NCBI GenBank assembly: GCA_964635245.1
Contig: CAZWNS010000006.1
Span: 1 to 57,888 of the forward strand
DNA: 57,888 bases
Direction of reading: 5' to 3'
DNA from: an uncultured Spirochaetaceae bacterium
GTDB taxonomy: Bacteria > Spirochaetota > Spirochaetia > DSM-27196 > PWMO01
This document shows positions 45,540 to 54,223 of this stretch, piece after piece. Within the stretch, counting starts at the first letter, position 1; every line of letters starts with the position of its first letter. The position numbers and the translations under genes were made by a program. Under the pieces are notes generated by a model. It was given only the letters and a program-made list of their open reading frames with translations. It searched no databases and was not told the DNA's origin.

Positions 45540-48500
45540 CGCGTGGGCGAAGCCCGGCCCTCATGGCGGTGTGGCTGGTTGCCGTTCTCTGGGCCGCGCC
45601 GGTCGTCACGGCCCAGGAGCTCTCGATGGAGGCCGGCGGGCTGTTCTTCGAGAATCCGCGGTTCCTCGTGGATGAGAGCGCGTACTTTCCCCTCGCCCTG
45701 AGCAGCGGCGAGAATCTCTACGTGATCTACCAGGAGGTGGAGCAGGAGGACGAGGAGTCGGGCGGAGAGATCCATATCTCCGTTGCCGTCTCCGAGCGCG
45801 GCCGGGACTGGGAATACCGCCGGCGCGTCGTGGGACCAATCGAGTATGACCGCGAGAGCCCGCCGGTGATGTTCACGGGGGAGGTCACCCGCAACGGCGA
45901 TATCTACCTCGCGATCGTTGAGTCGGCCACCGAAACCCGCGTCCTGGTCTCTTCGGACGAAGGGCGAAGCTTTCGGGAGACGGCGACGCTGGAAACCGAC
46001 GTGACCAGCGTCGCCCCCCGCCTCTTCGTCTCCAGCGACGGGGGCCTTCTCCTGTTCGTGAACCAGAATGTCGGGGCCACGCAGAGTATTCTCTATTCGT
46101 ATTCGGCCGACGGGAGGCAGTGGTCCGAGTTCGACGAGATCGTCGAGGATCCCGATATCGGGTTCAACTATCTTCCCGATCACGCCACGTTGAATGGCCG
46201 TGACTACGTGGTTTTCCAGAGTGTGAACCCGAGCGAGGCGCCGACCTACCAGCTGTATCTCAAAACAAGTGACGACGGGGGACGTACCTGGAGCGATTCG
46301 CGCATCATCTCCGATTTCGAGCCGGAGGATGCGGGCGCGTCCTACCTCGACTACGATAATCAGCGGCCCTTTGCAGCGGCCGTCAACGGCCGGCTCGGAC
46401 TGGTCTGGGAGCGTCAGACCGGGGCCCGGGCGCGGCAGATCTATTACGCCGATCTCGACGCCGACGGTAACGTCCGGGGCAGGCCCGAGGCGGTGAGTGA
46501 GGGGCTCGACGGCGCCAACTACCCCCAGATCGTGCGCCACGACGGAGAGACCTTCCTCATGTGGTTCACCAATCCCTCCGGCCGGTCGCGGATCCGTATG
46601 GCCGCCCGCGTGCGCGGGGTGTGGCGGAGCCGGAACCTCGGTAACGAGGTCGGGGCATCCACCTTCGGCAGTCCGATCGTTCACCGGGACCGGCTGCACG
46701 TCTTCTGGCAGAACCGCCGCGACGACGGGGCTCCCTCTCTCGTATACCTCGAGCCCGACCAGCGCGCGCAACCGCCCGATCTGCGTGCGGCCAACTTCGT
46801 ACCGGGGCGACGCTCCTCTCAGGAACGCGCGGAGTTCACCTGGAGTCCGCCGGATGACCCCTCCGGTATTGCCGGCTACAGTGCCCGGTGGACCCGCGAT
46901 CCGGATGCGTCCGTTCCGCGCAGAATCGACTACGAGGAGCCCACCCGCTCGGCCAGCTTCCGGGCCGAGGAAGACGGGGAATGGTATCTGAGGGTACGTG
47001 CGGTTGACGGCGCCGGTAACTGGTCCGAGCCGGCCACGGTGAGCTTCTTCCGCGATACCACACCGCCGCCGCCGATCAGCTTCGAGGAGCCGCCTACCGA
47101 CGAGGAAGGCTTCCTGGACTCGAACACGTTTACGCTGCGATGGGAGCCCCCGGAGGAAGCCGAGGACCTGGCCGGATACAGCGTAACCCTCAACAGGCTC
47201 GGCCCCGCCGGTTCGGATGCGCCCGATGAGATCGAGGCGTCGGTCGAGCTGCCTCAACAGGTGGTAACGCGCACACCGGAGATCTCGCGGAATAACATCG
47301 ACAACGGACTGTGGGCGCTGAGCGTGGCCCCGGTCGACACGGCCGGAAACGTCGGGGAGACACGCACGCAGTTTCTTCGGCTCAACAAGTACGTTCCGGT
47401 CACCGAGGTGTATCGCATCGCGAGCAGTCAGGATATGCTGCGCCGCTACAACCTGAGCATCGACGGGCGCGGGTTCACGGCAAACGGGGTGATCGATCGC
47501 ATCATCCTCGATGAAGACGGAGAGCGACCCTACGATCATGTCTTTCGACGTGAGGACGGAGACTTCCGTATCGTCGATAATCGAAATATCGAAGGGCCGA
47601 GGATCGACACGATCGATACGGGTCGCTATCAGGTCATCCTCAGCCATACCGACCGAGGGCTGTACACAGCCGAGCGCAGGCTTGCGTTCGAGGCTCCGGG
47701 AACCGTCACGTTCGGGGATTTTCGCTCGGCTGCCGCTCCCTCGTTCGCCGTCGGCGACGGGGCGGCGTGGCGGTTCGACGGGTGGGAGCCCTTGATCTGG
47801 GTTTCCGCGGCGCTGCTCGGGCTTGTGGCCCTGTTTTCAGGGACGCGGCTGGTGGCCATAGCTCAAGAGGGGAGGGAGCTGCAACTCGAGGTGAAGGCGC
47901 TGTTGGAGAGCCGGCCCATGCCGCGGGAGCAGAGAGAACGAAGGTTGGAAGTCATGACTCGTAAACGAACCAGTCTGAGAGTGAAGTTCAGTATTTTCGT
48001 CGTGGTGCTGCTCGTATCCGTCATCCTGGCCCTGGCCCTGATCCTCGGAAGCGCGGCGCTCGAGCGGCAGGAACGGACCCTTGCCCGCGGCCTCGAGCAG
48101 CGGGTAGAGGTGCTGCTCGACAGCGTCACGAATCAGGCCGAGGACCTGCTGACCAGCCCGGCGGATAATCGCGTCGATCTGGCGACGCTTGCCCGGCAGG
48201 CCGACGTCATGGCCGAAGGCATGTACATAACGATTACCGGCCCGGCACGCGACGGCGCCGGATTCGACGCCGTGTGGGCGACGAACGACCCGGTTCTGAC
48301 CTCCGACGCAGAGGCGGGAGGCACGGTGCCGCGAAGCCTCGACACCGAAGACGTCATTCCGGGTGAGTCCCGCATTGAGGATCCCGTCTCGGAGCTCCGC
48401 GAGGAGCTCGAGCAGCAGATAAACGAGGAGGCGCGGCTGCTCCTCGGTGAGATTCCCACGCAGTTGGCCGACGTACGTCTTGAGCTGACGAACCTCCTCC

Positions 48501-50188
48501 GCCGGGGCGTGGACCCCGATGATCCGGAGCTGCTCGATCTCGACAGCACGCAGCGTCAATTGCAGCAGGAGCAGTCGCAGATCCTGAATGAGGTAGGAAG
48601 CGTGTTCCGCAGCGTACCCGCCTTCGAGCCGGAGGAGCTCTCAACGGAGATCACCGAGTACGTCTTCTATCAGCCGGTGCTGTTCGCGCGCGCCCAGGAT
48701 GATCCCACGGGGGGACGCTATTTCCGGGGACTCGTGCGTCTCGGCATTTCCACCGAGCTCATCCTCGAGGAGATCGACACCGCCCGCAGGCAGCTCATCG
48801 TCAGTACCGCCGTCGTCGCACTCGGCGCCCTGGCGGGTGGAATCGGCGGGGCGTTGCTGCTTGCGACCATCGTCGTCATCCCGATCCGGCGCCTCGTGGA
48901 AGGTGTCGCGGTCATCCGTGACACCGAACAGAAGGAGAAGCTCAAGGATCATGTGATCAACGTGCGCACGCGGGATGAGCTCTCCGAGCTCGCCGAGACG
49001 GTGAACTCCATGACGCAGGGACTGGTACGCGCAGCGGAGGCAAATCGTGATCTCACCGTGGGTAAGGAGGTGCAGAAGAAGTTCATTCCGCTCATGGAGG
49101 ACAGCGAAAACCGGAAGCTGACGATGGCGCGCGAGGATACTCCCCACGCGGAGTTCGCGGGCTACTACGAGGGCGCAAAGGGTGTGTCCGGTGACTACTT
49201 CCGCTACGAGAAGCTCGATGAGCACCACTACGCGTTCATCAAATGCGACATCGCCGGCAAGGGCGTGTCGGCGGCCCTCATCATGGTGCAGGTCGCCACG
49301 CTGTTCACCAACTATTTCCAGGACTGGACGCTCAAGACGAAGGGCCTGGCACTCGGGCGCTTCGTGACGCAGGTGAACGACATTATCGCCAGTATCGGCT
49401 TCGAAGGGCGGTTTGCCGCCTTCACCGCCGGCATTCTGAATATCGATACCGGATCGGTGCGGATCTGCAATGCGGGAGATACGAAGTTCCACCTCTACGA
49501 GCAGGCCTCCCGGCGGGCGGTGGACCGCGATCTGCCGCGTGCGCCCGCCGCCGGTGTGTTTTCGAGCGACATGATTCCGACCGGTTTCCCCGAGATTGAT
49601 CTCGTGCTGCAGGCAGGCGACATCATGCTGCTGTTCACCGATGGTATCGAGGAGGCGAAACGGACACTCCGACGTACCGACTACGCACCCATGGTGCTCA
49701 CCGACGAAGAAATCAACGAGGGGCGCACCCCGGAGTGGCTGGAACCGCTTCTGAACGACAAGTCGGTGACGCGCAACAATGCAGGATTGCTGGAGGAAGA
49801 GCTCGGCATACCGCGCATTCACGATGTTGTGACGGCGTTCCAGAATCGCCGTCGCTATCGCCTGGAGAAGGTGGCGGATCCGGACGGCGATGAGGAGCTC
49901 CTGTTCGATTTTTCGGACGTCGGCGAAGGCCTCGAGGAGCTGGTGCTCGCCCTGGTGTCGGTCGAGAAGGTGTTCCGGATGTACCGGCCGAAGGATGTTA
50001 CGCCGGATGATCGCGTTCAGGTGGATGTTCGCATCGACGACTTTCTCAGAAAGCACTTCCGACAGTACGATCGCTTCTTCCGCCACCCCTTGCCCGAGGA
50101 GGGAGACCCACAGTACCGGCACTACGCCCGCATCCGGGAGGACGAGCAGTACGACGATCTCACCGTTCTCACGATCAGAAAACGGTGA
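45536..50188 (+). CDS. Giant sensor phosphatase: signal peptide, BNR/Asp-box propeller, two Fn3-like modules, three TM helices, HAMP, and PP2C (SpoIIE-type) phosphatase
   Basis: 1550 aa; its ATG overlaps the upstream stop (ATGA). The Asp-box motifs are SSDEGRSF, SSDGG, SADGRQW and TSDDGGRTW. The Fn3-like motifs are WSPPDDPSGIAGY..AVDGAGNWS and WEPPEEAEDLAGY..PVDTAGNVG. The HAMP region is IPIRRLVEGV..LSELAETVNSM. The PP2C motifs are GVSGDYF, IKCDIAGKGVSAAL, FTDGIEEA and DDLTVLTI. Confidence 0.85.
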   Translation: MTRGRSPALMAVWLVAVLWAAPVVTAQELSMEAGGLFFENPRFLVDESAYFPLALSSGENLYVIYQEVEQEDEESGGEIHISVAVSERGRDWEYRRRVVGPIEYDRESPPVMFTGEVTRNGDIYLAIVESATETRVLVSSDEGRSFRETATLETDVTSVAPRLFVSSDGGLLLFVNQNVGATQSILYSYSADGRQWSEFDEIVEDPDIGFNYLPDHATLNGRDYVVFQSVNPSEAPTYQLYLKTSDDGGRTWSDSRIISDFEPEDAGASYLDYDNQRPFAAAVNGRLGLVWERQTGARARQIYYADLDADGNVRGRPEAVSEGLDGANYPQIVRHDGETFLMWFTNPSGRSRIRMAARVRGVWRSRNLGNEVGASTFGSPIVHRDRLHVFWQNRRDDGAPSLVYLEPDQRAQPPDLRAANFVPGRRSSQERAEFTWSPPDDPSGIAGYSARWTRDPDASVPRRIDYEEPTRSASFRAEEDGEWYLRVRAVDGAGNWSEPATVSFFRDTTPPPPISFEEPPTDEEGFLDSNTFTLRWEPPEEAEDLAGYSVTLNRLGPAGSDAPDEIEASVELPQQVVTRTPEISRNNIDNGLWALSVAPVDTAGNVGETRTQFLRLNKYVPVTEVYRIASSQDMLRRYNLSIDGRGFTANGVIDRIILDEDGERPYDHVFRREDGDFRIVDNRNIEGPRIDTIDTGRYQVILSHTDRGLYTAERRLAFEAPGTVTFGDFRSAAAPSFAVGDGAAWRFDGWEPLIWVSAALLGLVALFSGTRLVAIAQEGRELQLEVKALLESRPMPREQRERRLEVMTRKRTSLRVKFSIFVVVLLVSVILALALILGSAALERQERTLARGLEQRVEVLLDSVTNQAEDLLTSPADNRVDLATLARQADVMAEGMYITITGPARDGAGFDAVWATNDPVLTSDAEAGGTVPRSLDTEDVIPGESRIEDPVSELREELEQQINEEARLLLGEIPTQLADVRLELTNLLRRGVDPDDPELLDLDSTQRQLQQEQSQILNEVGSVFRSVPAFEPEELSTEITEYVFYQPVLFARAQDDPTGGRYFRGLVRLGISTELILEEIDTARRQLIVSTAVVALGALAGGIGGALLLATIVVIPIRRLVEGVAVIRDTEQKEKLKDHVINVRTRDELSELAETVNSMTQGLVRAAEANRDLTVGKEVQKKFIPLMEDSENRKLTMAREDTPHAEFAGYYEGAKGVSGDYFRYEKLDEHHYAFIKCDIAGKGVSAALIMVQVATLFTNYFQDWTLKTKGLALGRFVTQVNDIIASIGFEGRFAAFTAGILNIDTGSVRICNAGDTKFHLYEQASRRAVDRDLPRAPAAGVFSSDMIPTGFPEIDLVLQAGDIMLLFTDGIEEAKRTLRRTDYAPMVLTDEEINEGRTPEWLEPLLNDKSVTRNNAGLLEEELGIPRIHDVVTAFQNRRRYRLEKVADPDGDEELLFDFSDVGEGLEELVLALVSVEKVFRMYRPKDVTPDDRVQVDVRIDDFLRKHFRQYDRFFRHPLPEEGDPQYRHYARIREDEQYDDLTVLTIRKR

Positions 50189-50225
50189 CGCCCAAGGTTC
50201 GGCGGATCATGCCGATACTAGCACT

Positions 50226-51197
50226 ATGAAACGAATCGTCAGCTCCGTGCTCATGTGTGCCCTCGCGCCGCTGCTCTTCGCCGAGACCATCACGGTGGAC
50301 AACGCGGAGGACGAGCTGCTCGTCTTTACCGCGGTTCCCGCCACGGCCATGGCGAGCGCTGAACGGGTGAGGGCGTCCGTCGCGGCCGGGGAGGTCGAGC
50401 TTCGCTACGTACCGCCCCGGGCAGCCGTGACCGGGGTCTCCGTTCCGCCGGATGGGGCGCTCCTCGGAGCATTTGTCTCGCCGGGCCGGGACACTCACCC
50501 GGTGGTGCTGAACCGCGACTTCGAAGATGGGTATGTGACCGTCTCCCGCGCTCAAACTCTCAGCGACGGCGGGCAAGCGGTAACGGTCGAGGACGCCCTC
50601 GTCAGGCGGGCCTTCGCCGGTGAGCCGGTCATTATCGACAACGACTTCGTGGACTGGGATGACGTTGCCCCCGCAGCCTCATTCTCGCGCGCCGGAGCTC
50701 CGACGGAGGCCGTGCAGACCCGTGCCGGAGAGACGCGAACCCGCGCGGTGGAGGACTCCCTGTACTGGGGGAAGGCCGGCACCGTCGTGGAGACGGTCAA
50801 GCTCGCGGTGTCCTCCGAGTACGTCTACGCCATGATCGAAACGAAGAGTTCGATCGAGGAGGGCGCCGCCTACGTGCTCTATGCCTACGATGACCGCAAC
50901 CGCTCGGGGGCACGCTACACGATCGAGATCCCCGTCACCGACGGGCCGAACGGATTCGTATTCCTCTGGACACCCGATCGCGACACGCCGAGAATAGTCG
51001 GTGAGTTTGTTCGCGAGGCATACTTTCTCGAGGCACGACTCGATCTGTCGAGGGTAGCCGGGGGATCCGTTACCGAGGTGGGCGACCTGAGCTTCGACTT
51101 CGCGTCGGTGTACTCGGGCGCCCGGGTGAGCGAGGAGTTCTTCCACACAACGCTGTATGCACGTGATATCGTATACCGAAGCCCGACCGGGCGATAG
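50226..51197 (+). CDS. Secreted hypothetical protein (323 aa)
   Basis: Trimmed to the ATG at 50226. The signal peptide is MKRIVSSVLMCALAPLLFAE. No family recognised. GATACT lies 6 nt upstream of the ATG. Confidence 0.6.
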   Translation: MKRIVSSVLMCALAPLLFAETITVDNAEDELLVFTAVPATAMASAERVRASVAAGEVELRYVPPRAAVTGVSVPPDGALLGAFVSPGRDTHPVVLNRDFEDGYVTVSRAQTLSDGGQAVTVEDALVRRAFAGEPVIIDNDFVDWDDVAPAASFSRAGAPTEAVQTRAGETRTRAVEDSLYWGKAGTVVETVKLAVSSEYVYAMIETKSSIEEGAAYVLYAYDDRNRSGARYTIEIPVTDGPNGFVFLWTPDRDTPRIVGEFVREAYFLEARLDLSRVAGGSVTEVGDLSFDFASVYSGARVSEEFFHTTLYARDIVYRSPTGR

Positions 51198-51211
51198 CGA
51201 GAACCTGGAGC

Positions 51212-51601
51212 ATGACCCGCAGTCGCTTCTTCTGCGAGAACTGTGGCGCCGAAGTGCGCCCTCACGCGAAGGTGTGCCCCAAGTGCGGGCGATTCTTCTC
51301 GGCGGTGCGCTGTCCGCAGTGCGGACATACCGGAGAGGGGAAGGAGTTCCTTCACGGATGTCCGAACTGCGGCTACAGCGGCAGCGGTCTGCGCGGCGGC
51401 GGGCGCGGTGCCGCCCGGGAAGAGTGGTACGACGCGGCGGACCTCGAGAAGTCCGACGGCGAATCGACGGCGTCGTTCACGCGGACGGGGTGGAGCCGTC
51501 GTCGGCGCAGCGCGCCTCCCGGATGGGTATACTGGCTGGCCCTGGGTCTGGTGACGCTGGCCTTCATTGCGATGGTCATCATCTACGTACGCATGGCATG
51601 A
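51212..51601 (+). CDS. Double zinc-ribbon protein with C-terminal TM anchor
   Basis: It has four CxxC pairs, CENCG and CPKCG then CPQCG and CPNCG. The C-terminal helix is WVYWLALGLVTLAFIAMVIIYV. Confidence 0.75.
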   Translation: MTRSRFFCENCGAEVRPHAKVCPKCGRFFSAVRCPQCGHTGEGKEFLHGCPNCGYSGSGLRGGGRGAAREEWYDAADLEKSDGESTASFTRTGWSRRRRSAPPGWVYWLALGLVTLAFIAMVIIYVRMA

Positions 51602-52221
51602 GCGGCATACTCAGGCGGCTGCTCGGTCGGTCGAGGTTGTTTCTCACCGTCCTCGTCTTCGTTGCCGCCCTCGCGCCGATGTCGGCCCAGGACGCCCCGG
51701 ACGAGGAAGCGCCCACCGGTGAAGTGATCGTCGACGACGAGGTGACCGCGGGAGCGGCCGCGCTGCCGGCGGAGTTCAGTGGTATTGCGCTCGGAATGGA
51801 CATCGATACCGTCAAGGAGCGCCTTCGCACCGATCCGAACTTCAGCTATCGCGGAGATCCCGACGTTACCCTGACCCCGGATCGGGAACAGCGGCTTATC
51901 GAGGTTGAGGGCATCCTATTTGTGGAGCGAGCCTTCTTCCAGTTCGAAGAGGAGGAGCTTTTCATCATCATTCTGCAGCTCAACGGGAGGCGGCTCGACT
52001 ACTTCACCATGTTTTCGGAGCTCGAGGCGAAGTACGGGGAGCCGGCGGTCTTCGAGCCCTCGCAGGTCGTGTGGGAGTCGGAGGAGGTGCGTATGACCCT
52101 GGAGAAACCCCTCACGGTGAAGTACGTATCGCGTCCGGTGTTCGACGCCCTCGTCGCCTCCGGCGAGATGGAGCGGTCCCAGCTCGAGCTGTCGCGGGAG
52201 GAGTTCCTTGAACAGTTCTGA
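51598..52221 (+). CDS. Secreted hypothetical protein (207 aa)
   Basis: Trimmed to the ATG at 51598, which overlaps the upstream stop (ATGA). The signal peptide is LFLTVLVFVAALAPMSAQD. No family recognised. Confidence 0.6.
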   Translation: MSGILRRLLGRSRLFLTVLVFVAALAPMSAQDAPDEEAPTGEVIVDDEVTAGAAALPAEFSGIALGMDIDTVKERLRTDPNFSYRGDPDVTLTPDREQRLIEVEGILFVERAFFQFEEEELFIIILQLNGRRLDYFTMFSELEAKYGEPAVFEPSQVVWESEEVRMTLEKPLTVKYVSRPVFDALVASGEMERSQLELSREEFLEQF

Positions 52222-52705
52222 GGCGCGATCGCAGCGAAACCGCCGGAGCCTCGCGCTGCTGCTCTTCCTGCCCGCGGCGGTCCTGGTCTCCTGTGCGGCC
52301 GCGGATGACTCCCCGGCGGGCCTTCCGACCGCCGAACTGCGCCTCGGCGGCTCGACCATCCTCGCGGAGGTAGCGGCCACGCCCGAAAGCCGCCGGGAAG
52401 GGCTTATGAACCGGGAAGAGCTCGCGCGGGATCGCGGCATGCTGTTCGTGTTTCCCGACACCGACTACAGGTCGTTCTGGATGAAGAACACCTCCATACC
52501 ACTGTCGCTGGCCTACATCCGCGAAGACGGGGTGATAACGGGTATCCACGAGCTCGAACCGTTCTCCCTGGAATCGGTGGAGTCACGTACGGAAGTGAAG
52601 TACGCCCTGGAGGTGAACCGGGGAACCTTCGAGCGACTCGGGGTGAAGGCCGGCGACCGGGTTCTCCTGCCGTCGAGCCTCCCGGAGGCGTCGGACGCCA
52701 GGTAA
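52208..52705 (+). CDS. DUF192-domain protein (probable lipoprotein)
   Basis: TTG start overlapping the upstream gene by 14 nt. The lipobox-like sequence is VLVSC. GLMNREELARDRGMLFVF, FWMKNTSIPLSLAYI and ALEVNRG match the DUF192 (COG1430) pattern. Confidence 0.75.
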   Translation: MNSSEARSQRNRRSLALLLFLPAAVLVSCAAADDSPAGLPTAELRLGGSTILAEVAATPESRREGLMNREELARDRGMLFVFPDTDYRSFWMKNTSIPLSLAYIREDGVITGIHELEPFSLESVESRTEVKYALEVNRGTFERLGVKAGDRVLLPSSLPEASDAR

Positions 52706-52715
52706 GGCGGTCTCG

Positions 52716-52976
52716 TCACTCGTCCTTCGAGCCCTCGCCGGTGAGCTCGTTGAGCTCCGGGAAGAGCTCGAGTACCGGTTCCTCGCCGGGCTCGTCGGGC
52801 TCGTTCACGAGAATCTCGATCTTGCGCTCGACCCTGGAGAGTTCTTTCTCGAGCTGCTTCGCCAGACGCATGCCCTCTTCGAAGGTCTGCACCGCCTCAT
52901 CGAGACCGAGATCACCGGATCGAATCTTCTCCGAAAGCGCCTCCAGGCGCTCGAGTCGTTCCTCGAAAGTCTGCAT
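52716..52976 (-). CDS. xseB: Exodeoxyribonuclease VII small subunit
   Basis: Trimmed to the ATG at 52976. MQTFEERLERLEALSEKIRSGDLGLDEAVQTFEEGMRLAKQLEKEL is a typical XseB sequence. Confidence 0.9.
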   Translation of the reverse strand: MQTFEERLERLEALSEKIRSGDLGLDEAVQTFEEGMRLAKQLEKELSRVERKIEILVNEPDEPGEEPVLELFPELNELTGEGSKDE

Positions 52977-54183
52977 CGTGGTGCTGCTCCTGTACTTCGG
53001 TGGTAATGGCTGAGCGGGAGAACCGGGCGACGACCCGCGATCCCACGGGCGCGTGCGCCGCGTCGGTGACGACCGAGCCGTCTTCGGGACGGGTGACGAC
53101 GGCAAAGCCGCGCTCGAGCACCGCCCGCGGGGAGAGCGTCTCGAGCTCCTTGGCCGCCACGGTGAGCCGGTGTCGCGCGGCGGTCATGCGCTCGGTGGTG
53201 TTTCGCTGCAAGCTCTCTCTTGCGTCGTCGAAGCGCAGATGGATCGGTTGCACGAACTGTTGAAAGCTGCGGTGCATGCGGTCGGGGCTGAACTGCTCGA
53301 CGGCGAATCGCGTGCGCTCCACCTTTTGTTTGAGCCCGGAAATGATGGTTCGGCCGAGTCCGAGGATGTGCCGTCGATACTCGCCACGGTCGATCGAAAC
53401 GAGCTCGGCGGCCGCCGAGGGGGTCGGGGCGCGACGGTCGGCGGCGAGCTCCGCGAGCGATATGTCTATCTCATGGCCGACGGCGGCGATGACGGGTGTC
53501 TCCGCTTCGGCAACCGCGCGAACGACCGCCTCGTCGGAAAAGGGCAGGAGGTCCTCGAGGGAGCCTCCCCCGCGGGTGACCACTATGACGTCGCCGAGAC
53601 GATGCCGGTCGGCGCGCCGGATCTGCGCCGCGATCCCGGCAGCCGCCTCCTCCCCCTGCACGAGTGTGGGGAGCACGACGAGGTTGATGCCCGAGTGCCG
53701 TCGTCCGAGCACCTGCATGATGTCACGGATGGCGGCCCCGGTGGGCGAGGTGACGACCGCAACGCGCTCTGGAAAGGCCGGGATAGGGCGCTTGCGGTCC
53801 GCGTCGAACAGTCCCTCGGCGGCGAGGCGCTGCTTGCGCTCCTCGAGCATCGCGAGAATGCTTCCCACTCCGGCAAGGCGCATGGATTCGCAGATGATCT
53901 GATAGTTACCGCGCCGTGCGTAGACCGACACATTTCCGGTCACCACGACGAGCTTGCCGTCAACCGGCTCGAAGGCGAGGGTATTCGTGCGATTGCGGAA
54001 CATGACCGCCTGGATGACGGCTTCCTCGTCCTTGAGGGTGAAGTAGTAGTGGCCCGCCGCGGAGGCCTTGAAGTTGGATATCTCGCCTTCGAGCACGATG
54101 TCGGGAAACTGCTGCTCGAGCGCGTGCTTGATTCTGCGGGTAAGCTCGCCGACGCTGAGCGGTTTTTGGGCGCCACCGTCCAT
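52912..54183 (-). CDS. xseA: Exodeoxyribonuclease VII large subunit
   Basis: The start is taken at the ATG at 54183. PLSVGELTRRIKHALEQQFPDIVLEGEISNFKASAAGHYYFTLKD is the OB-fold N-terminus, and VTRGGGSLEDL is also present. The 3' end overlaps xseB by 65 nt. Confidence 0.9.
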   Translation of the reverse strand: MDGGAQKPLSVGELTRRIKHALEQQFPDIVLEGEISNFKASAAGHYYFTLKDEEAVIQAVMFRNRTNTLAFEPVDGKLVVVTGNVSVYARRGNYQIICESMRLAGVGSILAMLEERKQRLAAEGLFDADRKRPIPAFPERVAVVTSPTGAAIRDIMQVLGRRHSGINLVVLPTLVQGEEAAAGIAAQIRRADRHRLGDVIVVTRGGGSLEDLLPFSDEAVVRAVAEAETPVIAAVGHEIDISLAELAADRRAPTPSAAAELVSIDRGEYRRHILGLGRTIISGLKQKVERTRFAVEQFSPDRMHRSFQQFVQPIHLRFDDARESLQRNTTERMTAARHRLTVAAKELETLSPRAVLERGFAVVTRPEDGSVVTDAAHAPVGSRVVARFSRSAITTEVQEQHHDADFRGTTRAPGGAFGEDSIR

Positions 54184-54223
54184 GCTTTGAGCATACACGC
54201 CGGCTATGATAAACTCAATCGCC

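Noticed and set aside
45485-50122. Long minus-strand ORFs (45485..47647, 720 aa; 47837..48559; 48641..50122, 493 aa) opposite the sensor phosphatase
   Set aside because: They are antisense shadows of a gene with many recognisable motifs. Their translations are Arg/Gly/Pro-rich and featureless.
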